In this document: positions 28,656-40,771 of the stretch, piece by piece
How the letters are laid out: every line of letters starts with the position of its first letter
How positions within the stretch are numbered: position 1 is the first letter of the stretch
NCBI GenBank assembly: GCA_964035545.1
Contig: CAXIUT010000037.1
Location: 1-63,767, forward strand
Reading direction: 5' to 3'
Length of the DNA: 63,767 nucleotides
Origin: Bugula neritina
Taxonomy: Eukaryota > Animalia > Bryozoa
Notes under the pieces: model-generated
Database searches by the model: none
Told to the model about the DNA's origin: nothing
What the model saw: the letters and a program-made list of their open reading frames with translations, nothing else
Position numbers and translations under genes: made by a program

Positions 28656-28850
28656 TTTTATATTAAGTTTTTTAACTTCTTTTTTTGATTAGTATTAAGC
28701 AAAGATAATCAAATTTCTAACAAATTAGACTTAATTCTGAAGTTAAAAAGGCCCTATAAGATGTCGTTTTAAATATAATAAAGTTTAATATATTGATTCT
28801 ATACTTGACTGATTTATCTAAATTATATAATTTGCCTTCTAACTTCTACT

Positions 28851-29254
28851 ATGTTTGACTCCAGCAAAGAAGTCAATGTTTTTGTCTTCATCAAATACAA
28901 TGGTACTCAGATCATCGAATAATCTTCTAACTTCTATAAAAGCCTTCTTAGTAATATTTTGTTTACTTAGATTTTGTTAACAAATTCGGCTCAATATATT
29001 GTTCAAATACAGGAAAAAGTAAGGTTTCTTTCCAGAAGAGAGAACTTTTTGACTATTACGATAATTAGTTCAAAGAAATCAAGTATATTAAAAAGGTTTT
29101 CATCACTCCTGACGACAGAATACTGGGAGATTTCAATGATCCAAACATTGAAATACTGTAAAAAAAACAAATATTTGATAAATTGAATAAAATCTTTGAA
29201 CAGCTAGCTAAAGTAACCGAAACTATGCTTGAAAAAAGAGTTCAAATAGAATGA
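28851..29254 (+). CDS. Small hypothetical protein
   Basis: 128 codons after removing the 20-nt intron 28951-28970. Confidence 0.7.
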
Positions 29255-29299
29255 TAGGTTTAAACTTATTTATAGTTAAATTATTAAATATGATTTCAA

Positions 29300-30172
29300 T
29301 CAAGGTGATATTTCTATATTCTTTTATTTGACTGGAGAGTAGAGAGCCTGATCATTGATCTATGTTTTTAATTTACCCATCATATCAAAAAACTTCTACA
29401 TTTTTTATTTAATTTTAGGAAGAACAGATTCAGATGAAGATCCTGTCCTCAATATCTACCTGTATTTGCCTGTATCAACAGGATTGCTTTGAGGGAGTTA
29501 ATTTTTCTATGTATTTGTATTTATATGAAAAGAACTACCAAAATGAGGAGTTTCAATAGGCATATGATTATTTTGTTCATTAGTTGATTCTTTTGGTTTT
29601 TTAACAAGATTCATGCTATGAGGATCAAATTTCGATACTATTTTCATCACTTCGCTAATAGTTGTTCTGATATCGTCTTAGAGTTTATTTAATTAAGCTA
29701 TTACTTTTTATTTAAACCTGAGATATTCTGTCTTTATATCATGCATGAAATCCATTCCATATTTATTATTATCATTATTTTTATGAAGTTTTAAAGGACT
29801 CATATTTAGACTTTCCATTGATATTTCACTGGTATTTCTTAGAATCTTTTTATTGAGATGTTTGTCATTCATAATGGCATTGGAACTAGATCTAGGACTC
29901 TGAAGAGCAGGTCTCATTGTTATTTTTTACTTGCTTATTGATTTTTATTTTTAAGATCCTTTCTGAAATTAATCTTGTTAAGAATTCATAGTTTTGCATT
30001 TGACTAAGATTCTTGATCCTCCAAGATTATTTTAAACATATTTAGCTGGCGAAAACTTTTGTGGCAGATCTTTATAGTCTGCCATGATTCTAGAATCACC
30101 ACTTGATTTGATTATGGATTGTTTCCATCCACGAGTTCCTCCTTGACTTGATAATCGACTGCTTTCCATCAT
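29300..30172 (-). CDS. Hypothetical Ser-rich protein
   Basis: 291-codon ATG-to-TGA frame containing the 29708-29917 ORF. Confidence 0.7.
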
Positions 30173-30300
30173 AAAATATCTAACCAAATAATAACATATC
30201 TAATATCATCTTTTAAATATTCTATTGATAAATTCGATATTATTGAATAAATATAGTAGATAATTAATATTTATTATTTAAATCAAAAAAAGAATAAGAG

Positions 30301-31335
30301 ATGAAGTTAGTTTCTTCAATATTTAAATAAGATCCTATTCACAAATAGTTAAAAAAGATTGGACTTTTGACTGACAGTCTTCAGGTTGAATCGATACAGC
30401 CTTCTTTGAAGTTATTTGAATCGAAGATTAAATAGAAATAGTAGTAATAGCATTTTTTAAAAGTTATCATGAAACAGCTTTAATAAAAAAATAGCAATTG
30501 TCGTAAAATAAAACTTATGATCGCTTTGATAGAAATATCTAAAATATCAAAATACGATATATGTGATATTATCCTCAATAAAAAGTTAAAACTTTTTTCA
30601 AAAGCATCAAAACACAAACATAATTAACTTTAGCCCAAACCTTAAAAATTGTAAGATTTTATTCTAGAAGAACTTCTTATCCCTGAATATAATTACTTAA
30701 TGAAATTGGCTACGAATGAAGAATTGTATAATACTTGTAAACAAGGTCAGGTTCCTTATGATTAGATATTCAGAAGAGGAACTAAAATTAGATTTATTTG
30801 GATTTTCAAACTTTACAACATTATCAACATATTGATACCTATCATCAAGTCATTGATTAAGGCATTGAAGTATAATCCAGATTATAAATTCTTTACTTAA
30901 AATATCTTTTATCTAGGTAATGACCTTATATGCATGAATAACTTTGTTATAAAAGCACTTTAATAAGCTTCAACGGATAATTTTATGTTGATGCCTTACT
31001 TTGATATGCTTCAGTTCTATGAGTCTCTTAAGTAACAAATACAAGTCGGTAAAAATGTAGCAGAAGTTTATCTATAGGCTCTGGCAGTTACAAAGGGACT
31101 TCAATAACCAACTAGATTGTCTTTGAAGCCAGAATAGATTGATTAGATAGAGATTCAGGCTTTGAGAGTTAAATTAATAAGTAATTCTTTGAAGAATCCA
31201 AAGAAAGATCATAAGATACTTGAAACATAATATAATTAGAAAATATAACAAAAAGAAAGGAGGACTTTGATGACTGAGCCTAATATGGAAAATTAAAAGC
31301 TGTAATTTAAGTCTAAATGGAAACATCTGGATTGA
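30301..31335 (+). CDS. Hypothetical protein
   Basis: 345-codon ATG-to-TGA frame under table 30. Confidence 0.7.
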
Positions 31336-31360
31336 TAATGTTTATTTTATTTAATAAAAA

Positions 31361-33933
31361 TCATGATTTATCTAAATATTTATCTAAATATTATTTTTTA
31401 AGCATATCTTCCAATCTTATTTCAGTCAGATTTATCCTTCTAGATTTAAGATTTAAAATATCTTCTCTTCGTTTCCTTGCTTATTTTTAATTTTATGAAA
31501 AATGTTATTCTTAACCAAGAACAACGAATTAATTCTATTCTCTATTATCAGGTAATATTTATGATTAATGTTATTACTCAACATTGATATCTTTTTGTAA
31601 TTTATTTCTTCTTTTTTAGTTCATTTATCTTTTTTCTTTTCTTTTCTTTTATATATATATAAATGCATCCCTTTCTTTAGGTTCATATTATTAAATTTCA
31701 TTATCTGATTGGTTTTTTCTACAAATATTTTTTAATTCTTAAATATTTTATGTTTTGAAGGTTGATAGCTTAGTGGAAATTTAAGATATTTAAGATTTGA
31801 AGAACTAACAAAAATTTAAGATTGTGTTCTTGTTATAGCAGTATATATCAGTCTTAACTATTCACATTATTTTCTTATTCTTTATTATTTAGAATATTGT
31901 TTTCTAATTTTATCTTATTCATTAAATGGTAAAGTGAATCTGGTCCATTAGCTTAAATCAAAATCAAGTTGCTAGTATTGAAAACTTAACCCACACAGAA
32001 AAACTTTCTAATATTGAAGTCCTTTTGAGTTATGTATTGTTTGAATTATAATTCCCTTCTATTTCTTTATTTCCTAGTCTAATTTCTTTTGTTTATTTTA
32101 TTAACTGTCCATTTAATTGCTATGAATATAACTATTTTTCTTTTCTTAATTTATTAATTTTTGAGTAATTGCATTGATTTTATTTATTTTTCTCTGTTCT
32201 CTATCAACTACTTTTTATTCTTACTAGAGAGCATCAATAAATGGAGAAACTGAAAAATATTTCAAATTTATTTTTTGCCAACGACAAGAATTAGAAAAGA
32301 CACTAAACATTTTTTAAACTGTCTCTCTAACTGAATCAGAATGAGATTAATGAAGTATTTATTCTATTTTTTTAAAGTCAATAGTAAATTATTTCCATTT
32401 TTATTCATTTATTGGCCTTTAGTTTTATTAAATTTAATCAATAGTTCTTAAGACTATTTTTTTATTTGATAGAAGATTATAAGTAAACTATCGAATATGT
32501 CTTTTATTGGCAATATCTCTAAGATTTAGAAGCAATGGTTTATCAGTTTATGTGTTAAAATGTTTATTTTTACATTTGATTTTGAAATATTTAAACCATG
32601 CTAGAAAATACAAAGCTTATGTTGATAATAAAGCTTTTTGATTCTAAAAGTAATAAGGAATTTACTCACATCCTTCTTCTTTGACTTTTCTTTAAAACTA
32701 ATATTTCAAATTTTAATAAAAACTACAATATTTTGTTTATCTTATTAAAATAGTGATATCTTCTGGTTTAATTTTCTATTTGAATACATATTTATAAATT
32801 TTATCAACTACCCAATAAACTTAACTTTCTTGATGACGAAACTATTTTACAATTACTGGATATTCTTTTTTATCAAGATTTGGTCCAGGTTTATAATCTT
32901 TGTAGAAATCTTTTCTAGATTATTTGTAGTAAGGATTAGAGATAATCAACTATTGAGCCACATCAAGCACTGATTTACTAAATCTATCTGTTTTTTTAAG
33001 ATAAGAATATTAGTATTAATGGGATATCTGTTGATAAATGATTTAATAGTTTAATACCTGACTCCTCTCCATTCATAGATGTTTTGATCAAAATCTCCTA
33101 CCAAAATTAACTTAATTTTTTTATTTATTTTCATTAATTCTTCAAGAAATTTTATTTGAGCAGGATTCGTATCTTGAAACTCATCAACAATTATCAACTC
33201 TAAAATTTATAAGTCTAAATATGAAGGTATATATTTGTTTTTTATCTATTTTGTTGCTTTTATGATTGAATAATCATATGTAGTACAATATTTATAATTA
33301 TATTGAGTTTCTAGCCATTTAAAATAATTTTAGATGACCTAGTAAATAACAGTTCCTGTAAGTTTATATTTATTTTATAATCTTTTTTTTATTTAATCTT
33401 ATTATAACCCTTCAGCTAACATTTCATGACAGATTGTGTAAACTTGTCGAATAAACTTAGTTCTCTTAATACTATATTTACCCTCATGTCTATCAATAAG
33501 AGATTCAATTTGTTTTAATTAAGTATCTTCCTCAATTACTGAAAACCTCCCAATTATTGAAAAAGCTAGTGAATGGTAACTTCTGGTTTTTTTTTCAATA
33601 AATTATTTTTTTGCATCTGAACAATCAACTTCATATATTTTTTTTATCAAATCGAACTTAGTTCTCCTATTATAGGTTAAAACTAATATATTTCTGAAAA
33701 TAGGAATATCTTGATGGAAAAAAACCTTCTTTAAAAGATTCATTATGAATCTAGTTTTTCCTGTCCCTGGAGCACCTGTTACACAATTTATTTTTGGGGG
33801 ATTAAACTTCTATTTATCTAAGTATTTATCTATTATATCTTCTCCCTCACCCAACCCAACCCCAACCCCAACCCCAACCCCAACCCCAACCCCAACCCCA
33901 ACCCCTATAAATATCAATCTAATATTTAGACAT
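31361..33933 (-). CDS. UvrD/PcrA/Rep-like superfamily 1A DNA helicase (disrupted in this assembly)
   Basis: Motifs I GAPGTGKT, Ia LTYNR, II IIVDEFQDTN, III LVGDFDQNIYEWRG, IV LKKTDRFS, V TIHNSKGLQY, VI EELRLIYTAITR. Telomere tract near codon 10; single-base frameshifts near 32991-32997 and about 31730. Confidence 0.85.
33851..33905 (+). repeat. Internal telomeric tract inside the 5' end of the helicase CDS
   Basis: CCAACCCAA(CCCCAA)n CCCC array. Confidence 0.96.
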
Positions 33934-33979
33934 TAACACAGATACTTGATATATTCAATTTAAAGTAATAAAAATACAA

Positions 33980-34948
33980 TCATTTTTTACTAGAACCTTT
34001 AGATCTTAATCCTCTTTAAATTACTTCTTTCATTCCATCTGTGTAACCACTTTTTACAACGGTTTTATTTGATTGAAGTTTTTATTAAGTTTTCTTTTAT
34101 GATTCTTGTTTATATTTAAACATTATCTCTTCATATTTCTCATTTTGACGAGTCATGTAACTTTTCATCTTCTCCTTTATGAGTAATTACGTATGATTCA
34201 TCAAATTATTTACATATTTTTATTCTTAAACTTTTAAATTTTTTAATAAGTTGTTTATGATCTCATCATCTGAGGAAAGTATCGATAAATCCCCCAAATC
34301 ATTCATTATTTTCTATTTTTTTGGAATTTATAGCTCTATTATACTTTGTTATGTCTTTATTTTTCGATTTTTATCAATATTTTTATCAATTTTAGTATCA
34401 TTCTTTCTTGATAGTTTCATTGATTTATCATTAATAGTTGAATTTTTTATTGAACTTTTTTGTAAATCTTTTCTTTTTTGAGTATTATTTTATTGTTTGA
34501 TTAAAAGATCTAATACTTTAGATAAATTTTATGTAGTATTTTGATATTAAGCCTAAAAATCAACAGGTTCACTATGTTTAGCACTAAAGGTTTTTTATAT
34601 TTTCGACTTATTTTGTTAGATTTTTGAATTACTATCAAATAAAATGCTAATTTTACTTTTCCCCATGAAGCCTTTGTCACTTGGTTCTTTTTTTTTAGGA
34701 GAAAGAACAGATATATTATGTATTGGATCTTATCCAAGAGTTTACATATTTTTCAAATTACTTTAGTAAGTATTCATATCATTAACTGTTTTTTCATAAT
34801 ACTCTTCTAAAGCTTTTTTTCTTTTATATTCTGCCTCTAAATAGTTATTCAAAGTTTCTACTCTGTTCGAATATTATTTTTTATGCATAATAAATAATAA
34901 AAATAGATCTATTTGAAAGAAATAATCTTCTTTCTGAAGTAATTCCAT
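33980..34948 (-). CDS. Hypothetical K/E/N-rich protein
   Basis: 323-codon ATG-to-TGA frame. Confidence 0.6.
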
Positions 34949-35075
34949 TTTGATTTCTGAAAATGGAAAATATTTAAGAATTTGATAATTATTAAAATCA
35001 AATACTATTGTTGAAATATTAAAGAGTACTATAAAAGCAAAATGATTCCATCTATGGAATATACAATATTTTTCT

Positions 35076-35519
35076 ATGATGAACTCTCTTTTGGTTATCT
35101 GCTTGATACTTTGCTTAAGCATGTCTGAAGTTATCCCAAATAACTTAATTATGGGTAGTCATAATGCATTGTTCTACTCTAAAAAGAATGACATCACAGG
35201 CAATCATAACTTTCTTGGAAAATCAAACTTCAATAGTATATTTGGTCTTCAAAACCAACTTTAAAGTTCAAACTATAATACAGTTCTAGGCATGGGAAAT
35301 AAGCTTAAAAGTTCAAACAAAAACATGATCGGTGGTATTGGAAATGCCCTGGCTAATTCAAACTTCAATTCTATTATTGGGACTGGAAATCAACTTCTTA
35401 ACTCAAATGAAAACCAGATAACAGGTAAGTATAATATCTTAAGCGGAGGAGGAAAAAATTCTATCATTGACTCAAATGGAAACTTTGTATCAGGAAGAGG
35501 GAACCTTATCTTTAACTGA
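35076..35519 (+). CDS. Secreted Asn/Gly-rich repeat (beta-solenoid) protein, 147 aa
   Basis: Signal peptide MMNSLLVICLILCLSMS, then roughly 15-residue repeats xxNxIxGxxNxLxxS. The two ORF-track pieces join through TAA=Glu. Confidence 0.88.
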
Positions 35520-35555
35520 TTCTTCATTAAAACTTATTATTATGATGAATTACTA

Positions 35556-36998
35556 TCAAAAGCCGTAAACTCTCTTGGCACAACGCATATATAACTTTGT
35601 ATAGTGATTTACTTTCTTTGATATAGTTATTAGCTTATGAAATGTGTCTTTTCCTGTTCCCTGGCAGTAACGTAGAGGATTAAGTTCTGGCTAGTAAATA
35701 CGAGATGCTATCATTGTTATATCCATTAAAAGAAGAATTTTTTAAAGGGGAGGTTATTTTACATTAAAGCTTGAAGTTCCTTTGAAAGTAACTATTTTAT
35801 GGGAGGGTTTATTTTATCCCTTCATTTTAGATTATCCCAATTCTATTGATACGTTGACTGCTTCAAAAGTCAGAACATTTGACTGAAACATCAGGAAATC
35901 AGAAGTGTCAACATTGACGACAAGAGAAGGCATCATTAATCTTACACAAATAGAGTTTCTTTATGAAGAATATTCAATATAGTATTCCATCTCTGATAGA
36001 GGACGACGAAAATCTGCTGGTTTACGTTATTCGCTCATTACATCATCTTCTCCTTACAAGTGAGAGAGAAATTAATCAAAAAGCATTTTTTATTTTTATT
36101 TAATATGGAAGTTAAATTTTACTCTGCAATTCTGATCTTTTTAATTTTTAGAATGAGATACCTAAGTAAAATGTTCATTAATTGTTTTAAAGAAATTCAT
36201 TAAATTACTATCTATTTATCTTTCTTTTCCTTTGAGAGCTTAATTATCATTTTTTAAAGATCTTTTCTTTTCTTGTATGTATTCTGACAGTAAAGCCTAA
36301 TCTTTATTTTTGAATTGTTTGAATTTTTACATTCTATCAGGGTTGCTTTTGATAAAATCTAAGATAGAACAATTTTTTATTCTGTAGAGCATTGAGTATT
36401 CATAGAAGAGGTTGGTTTGTTAGAGGGCAAGAAAACAAGGAGCTTATTTCTATCCAAAAAATGAACTGTTAGTGATAGCTTTATATTGCTGCCAGAATAG
36501 CTCAAAGGCTGTTTAGTATTCAAAGTCAGGAGTATTTTATGGACTTTTTTTGAAGTTTTAAAAGTACTTACTTAACACTCCTTCAACATGTTAGAGTAAA
36601 GTGCTGAACATATTAATATTCATTCCATCTAATTAATCTTGAGGTTCTTAAGGAAGATAGAATATGACGATAGTAAACTTCTTTTACCCTCCTCTCATCA
36701 ATTGTTCTTCGACCCTGATATCTTAAATTTAAATAAGAGGGTATTTCTCGAAGTTTCTACAGCCATACAATAAATATCCCAGCTAGAGAGCTAGTTGAAG
36801 AAATCCTTAGAAATTGAGACGAATTCTACTCTCAGAATCATATGATAACATGTATGAATCTAGAGTTTTGAGTGCATTCTTTTGATTTTTGGATTGTTCG
36901 GTTGTGAGATTTCTTACGAATGTTAAAAATTAGCAATTGCTTTAGATGAGTTGAACTGTTTGAAGTTGTTTGGTATTGTCTTGTGATTAGATCTACAT
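35556..36998 (-). CDS. Hypothetical protein
   Basis: 481-codon ATG-to-TGA frame. Confidence 0.7.
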
Positions 36999-37025
36999 TT
37001 AAAAATATAATAAAAATATAAAAAC

Positions 37026-37097
37026 CTCCGAAACCGAGAATTGAACTCGGGTCTCCTGCGTGACAGGCAGGGATAATAGCCACTATACTATTTCGGA
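37026..37097 (-). tRNA. trnD: tRNA-Asp (GTC)
   Basis: TCCGAAA/TTTCGGA acceptor stem, D arm TAGTATAGTGG, anticodon arm CCTGC-CTGTCAC-GCAGG, T loop GTTCAATTC, G discriminator. Confidence 0.96.
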
Positions 37098-37216
37098 TCA
37101 GCTAACCTTTACCTCTTAATCTTCAATAATAATACACTTCATCTCGATTCAAATAGCTTAAATCATGACTGTCTTAATATTAAATATTAAAGTTCATATT
37201 TATTTTATTTTGATTA

Positions 37217-38038
37217 ATGATCAAAATATAACAACCTACTCATCGAAATTAAACACCCAAAAAATATGAAACAACAAATGGTTGCTCTCATTCTCCATCT
37301 GCATTAGTTTTCTTGGGTATTTTCTTGATGGGAGTCGTTCTTGTCTTACAAGGAAACATAATTAACTAAATTACTGAAATCAGTCATCCAATATTAACTA
37401 TTCTTATGGCTTTCTACTTTCTCTTTCTGCTATTTATCATTTACAACTACATCCTTTTATTCGTTAGTGATCCAGTAGATCCTAGAGTCATCTATATTAT
37501 TGAGTAAACATAAAAAGATAAAGAATTGCTTACCTGGTGTGCTGTATGTAAAGTGAACGTGCATGTATATAGTTATCATTGTAAAAAATGTAAAAGATGT
37601 GTTGAGGAGTTTGATCATCACTGTAAATATGTTAATAATTGTATTGGTAAGCAAAATTATCATATTTTCTTTAGATTTATACTAGCACTCCAGCTATTTC
37701 TTTTGTTTGCTTTTGGGCAAGGTCTTTGGGTATTTCTTAAAATTGATAATAAATATTAGTGGGTAGCACTTTCACTTGCTATATTTTCAATCATTTTATT
37801 AATTCCTTTAATATATCTTATGGGTTTTCAAATTTATATCAGTTTTTACAAGTATGGAACTACCCTTTAGTATTTGAGACAGTAACAATTCTAAAAGATT
37901 CCAAATAATTTGACCTAGAAAACTAAATCTAATCAATATATCAATAAATTATATGAACCAAGAAATTCAAGTTCCAATCTAACAACATAAGAACAACTTC
38001 ATTCTGAAACAGCGCTCAAAAGGAACTACCTCTTCTGA
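37217..38038 (+). CDS. DHHC palmitoyltransferase (ZDHHC1/11-like)
   Basis: WCAVC...SYHCKKCKRCVEEFDHHCKYVNNCIGKQNY plus TM segments. Confidence 0.95.
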
Positions 38039-38086
38039 TAATTATTTTATTCATTATTTATTACTATTAAATCAAATAAGATAACA

Positions 38087-40558
38087 TCATTTTTTAAATA
38101 AATTACTAAAATAGTTATTATCTTTCTCTTTAGAAGACTCATTTTCCTTTTTCTTTTGATTTTGAACATATCTTTGACCTTTTTATCCCTTGTGATAATC
38201 TCTTTAAGGAGTAGATTTGTGCTAAGTTATCTATCTATCTGATCTTAGAATCTAAAATTCTCTTCCATAAAGTGTCCCTTTTCTCATATCAAGAGCTTAT
38301 TGATAGTCTTTAAACTTTTCAAATTAGACATAGGCAAATCCTTTAGATCTATTATTATCGGATAAAGGAATAGACAATTTAGAAATATTTTTTCCTTCAA
38401 AAAACTTACGAATATCTTTTTCTTAAACTTTGAAAGCTAAACTTTTAAGGAAAATAACCGGTATAAACTTTTTTGTTTTGATTCTATTACTATCACATTG
38501 CCTGACCAATATTTTTTTATTATCAATCATTGCAGACATTTGTTGAACCTCTTTAAGTGCTTTTTATTTTTAACTAAAAGAAGAAAATTAAACATAAGCA
38601 AAATTTTTATCTTTCTCTAATTTAAGTCTAATATCAATAATAAATTCTTAAAAATTCCTAAATACTTATCTAATTTTATTTTACGTTGTAGTTGTTGGTA
38701 AAGCACACAAAAATAAAGTATTATTTTAATTATATTCTGATGGTGGTTTGCTAATAGATAGTTTGTATTAACTTTTATTATTATTAATTTATTTTTATGC
38801 AGCTTATTTATCAGTATATTCAATATAACAAAATTTATTTTGCTATCCATTCTTGGTAACTAAACTAACTCTTGATACTGATTCTGGATTTTATAGAATA
38901 TGAAGGACATCAGACTATTTCCAGCTATTTGGTATTCCATTGATATAGATTGTATGTTATCCATCGACATGTAACCGTTTTTTCATTGATTAATATATTT
39001 TATCTTAAACTTCGTCTCTAAGTTAACTCCTATCTCGTTTGTATTTATTTTAATTTATTTATTTTAATGATAACTCTTAGTTTTTACTTTAACTTTCCAT
39101 TTTATTATTATCTATGTTATTGTTCTTTTGTAAAGATTGTTAATTTATGATGATTTCTTGTTTTTCTTTATTCTTTTATATTTATTATCGATAAAATTGA
39201 GTCTGATCTGAAATAGTTCCATATTTCTCAATAAACTATGAATATAATTTTCTACTATGTTCATCAGATTTATGATGATGATATCTTTTCAAAATATTTT
39301 TGGCTTACTTTAATGATCCTAGATTCATTAAACTTTTAGCATATGATTAAAAATATGAAGTATTGCTTGATTAATTAATAAGATTTTAATATAATGAGCA
39401 GACACTAGTTTTATCTTTAGTTATTTTTTATTATACTTAAATCCAAAGTTTATAATATTAGTTATAAATATTATTTCTTTATTCAGGTGATACTCCTATT
39501 CTTTGTTTGCTCACTAAAGAAGTTACTTCTTATCTAAAGAAAACCACATTATTCGACCAACTATTTAAATAATCTTATTATAGAGGTTAATTCAGAAGTT
39601 GTTTCGATATTCTTCTGATCAAGTAATGCAGATATTTTAGTTATATTTTCCTATTATTTCCTGAAAGTCTTATTGCTATTTTATACTTTTTTATCACGAT
39701 TTATTCATCATTTTCGTAGATAGTTTATATTTTTAATAAGTAAGGTTCAAACATTTGTTTGTAGTTTAGAACTATTCTCCTCAAAAACCATATTTTTTAT
39801 TTTTAGGTTGGTAATTGTTCAAGATAATGTAAATAATTTTGTTAGTTGATTTGACTTTAATTCAATGATTATAAATGAAATAATGTTAAATAGAGATTTA
39901 AAGAACTACATATTCCTTCATCAAACTAAACTGATTTCTTCTACCATAGTTTTCTAGTTTATTAATATAGTTTTTTATTTTATTCTAATTTATCTTGAGA
40001 TTTTTACCAAAATTTATATTAATCCCAAATTAAATCATAATTATTATTTGCTAATCTCATTTATCTTTCAAAATTATACCTAATTTTAGAAATATTGTTA
40101 TTTTTATCATATATTTTTCTCAAATTCTTAAATACTACAGATATCTTTTAATCAAAACTTAACATTACGATCATTTTTTAGAACATACTCAAACAAAAAG
40201 TTTCAGTTAACTTCTTTTAATAGTACAATTCAACGATTTTATTTGAAATTAGTCTAGCAACTTCATAGTAAGCTCCATCATCTAAAGCTAACATCACTAA
40301 TTATAAGTCTTATTTAGTCACATTTTCTTTAGAAAATCTTTTTTAAGTTTAGGTAATCCAGAATCCTTCAAGGAGGACAAAATTTTAGTGAATTTAGTTT
40401 TTAAGGATTTAATTATAGGTTTCGAATTGATTGTTTTGTTAGTGGAGAGATAAAAGTTTAAGCCAGTTTCCGATTTTATAGTTTCTTCTTGCAATATTTT
40501 ATTGTTTAACAATGATATTTCTTTAAACAAAGACCTATTAGATTTCTTATTCAATCAT
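38087..40558 (-). CDS. SART3: SART3/Prp24-like U4/U6 recycling factor
   Basis: Long helical N-terminus, about three RRMs (IYINGIP...FCYIEY; FAYVEF; IFLKSL...SKGFAYVEF) and terminal KDNNYFSNLFKK resembling the LSm-interaction motif. Confidence 0.7.
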
Positions 40559-40771
40559 TTGACTTATTTTTACTTTGATATAACTCTTATAAATAATATC
40601 GATCTATCAATTTCAATATCAAATCATTAAATCTATTTTTTATTTAATTGAACAGATGAAATTGAATATTTTGTTATTTATTGATCATAACTGACAGCAA
40701 AATAGATAAATGTTTAAAGCTGATAGTTTTTCTATCATATTTAAATATATTTCTTCATTATCAGAACAAAA

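Noticed and set aside
33851-33905. Telomere tract removed as a spliceosomal intron
   Set aside because: The first GT to the flanking AG on the minus strand does not restore the frame, and the tract is unlike the 20-nt AT-rich introns.
36838-37083. ORF MAIIPACHAGDPSSILG…
   Set aside because: It is a translation of the tRNA-Asp gene.
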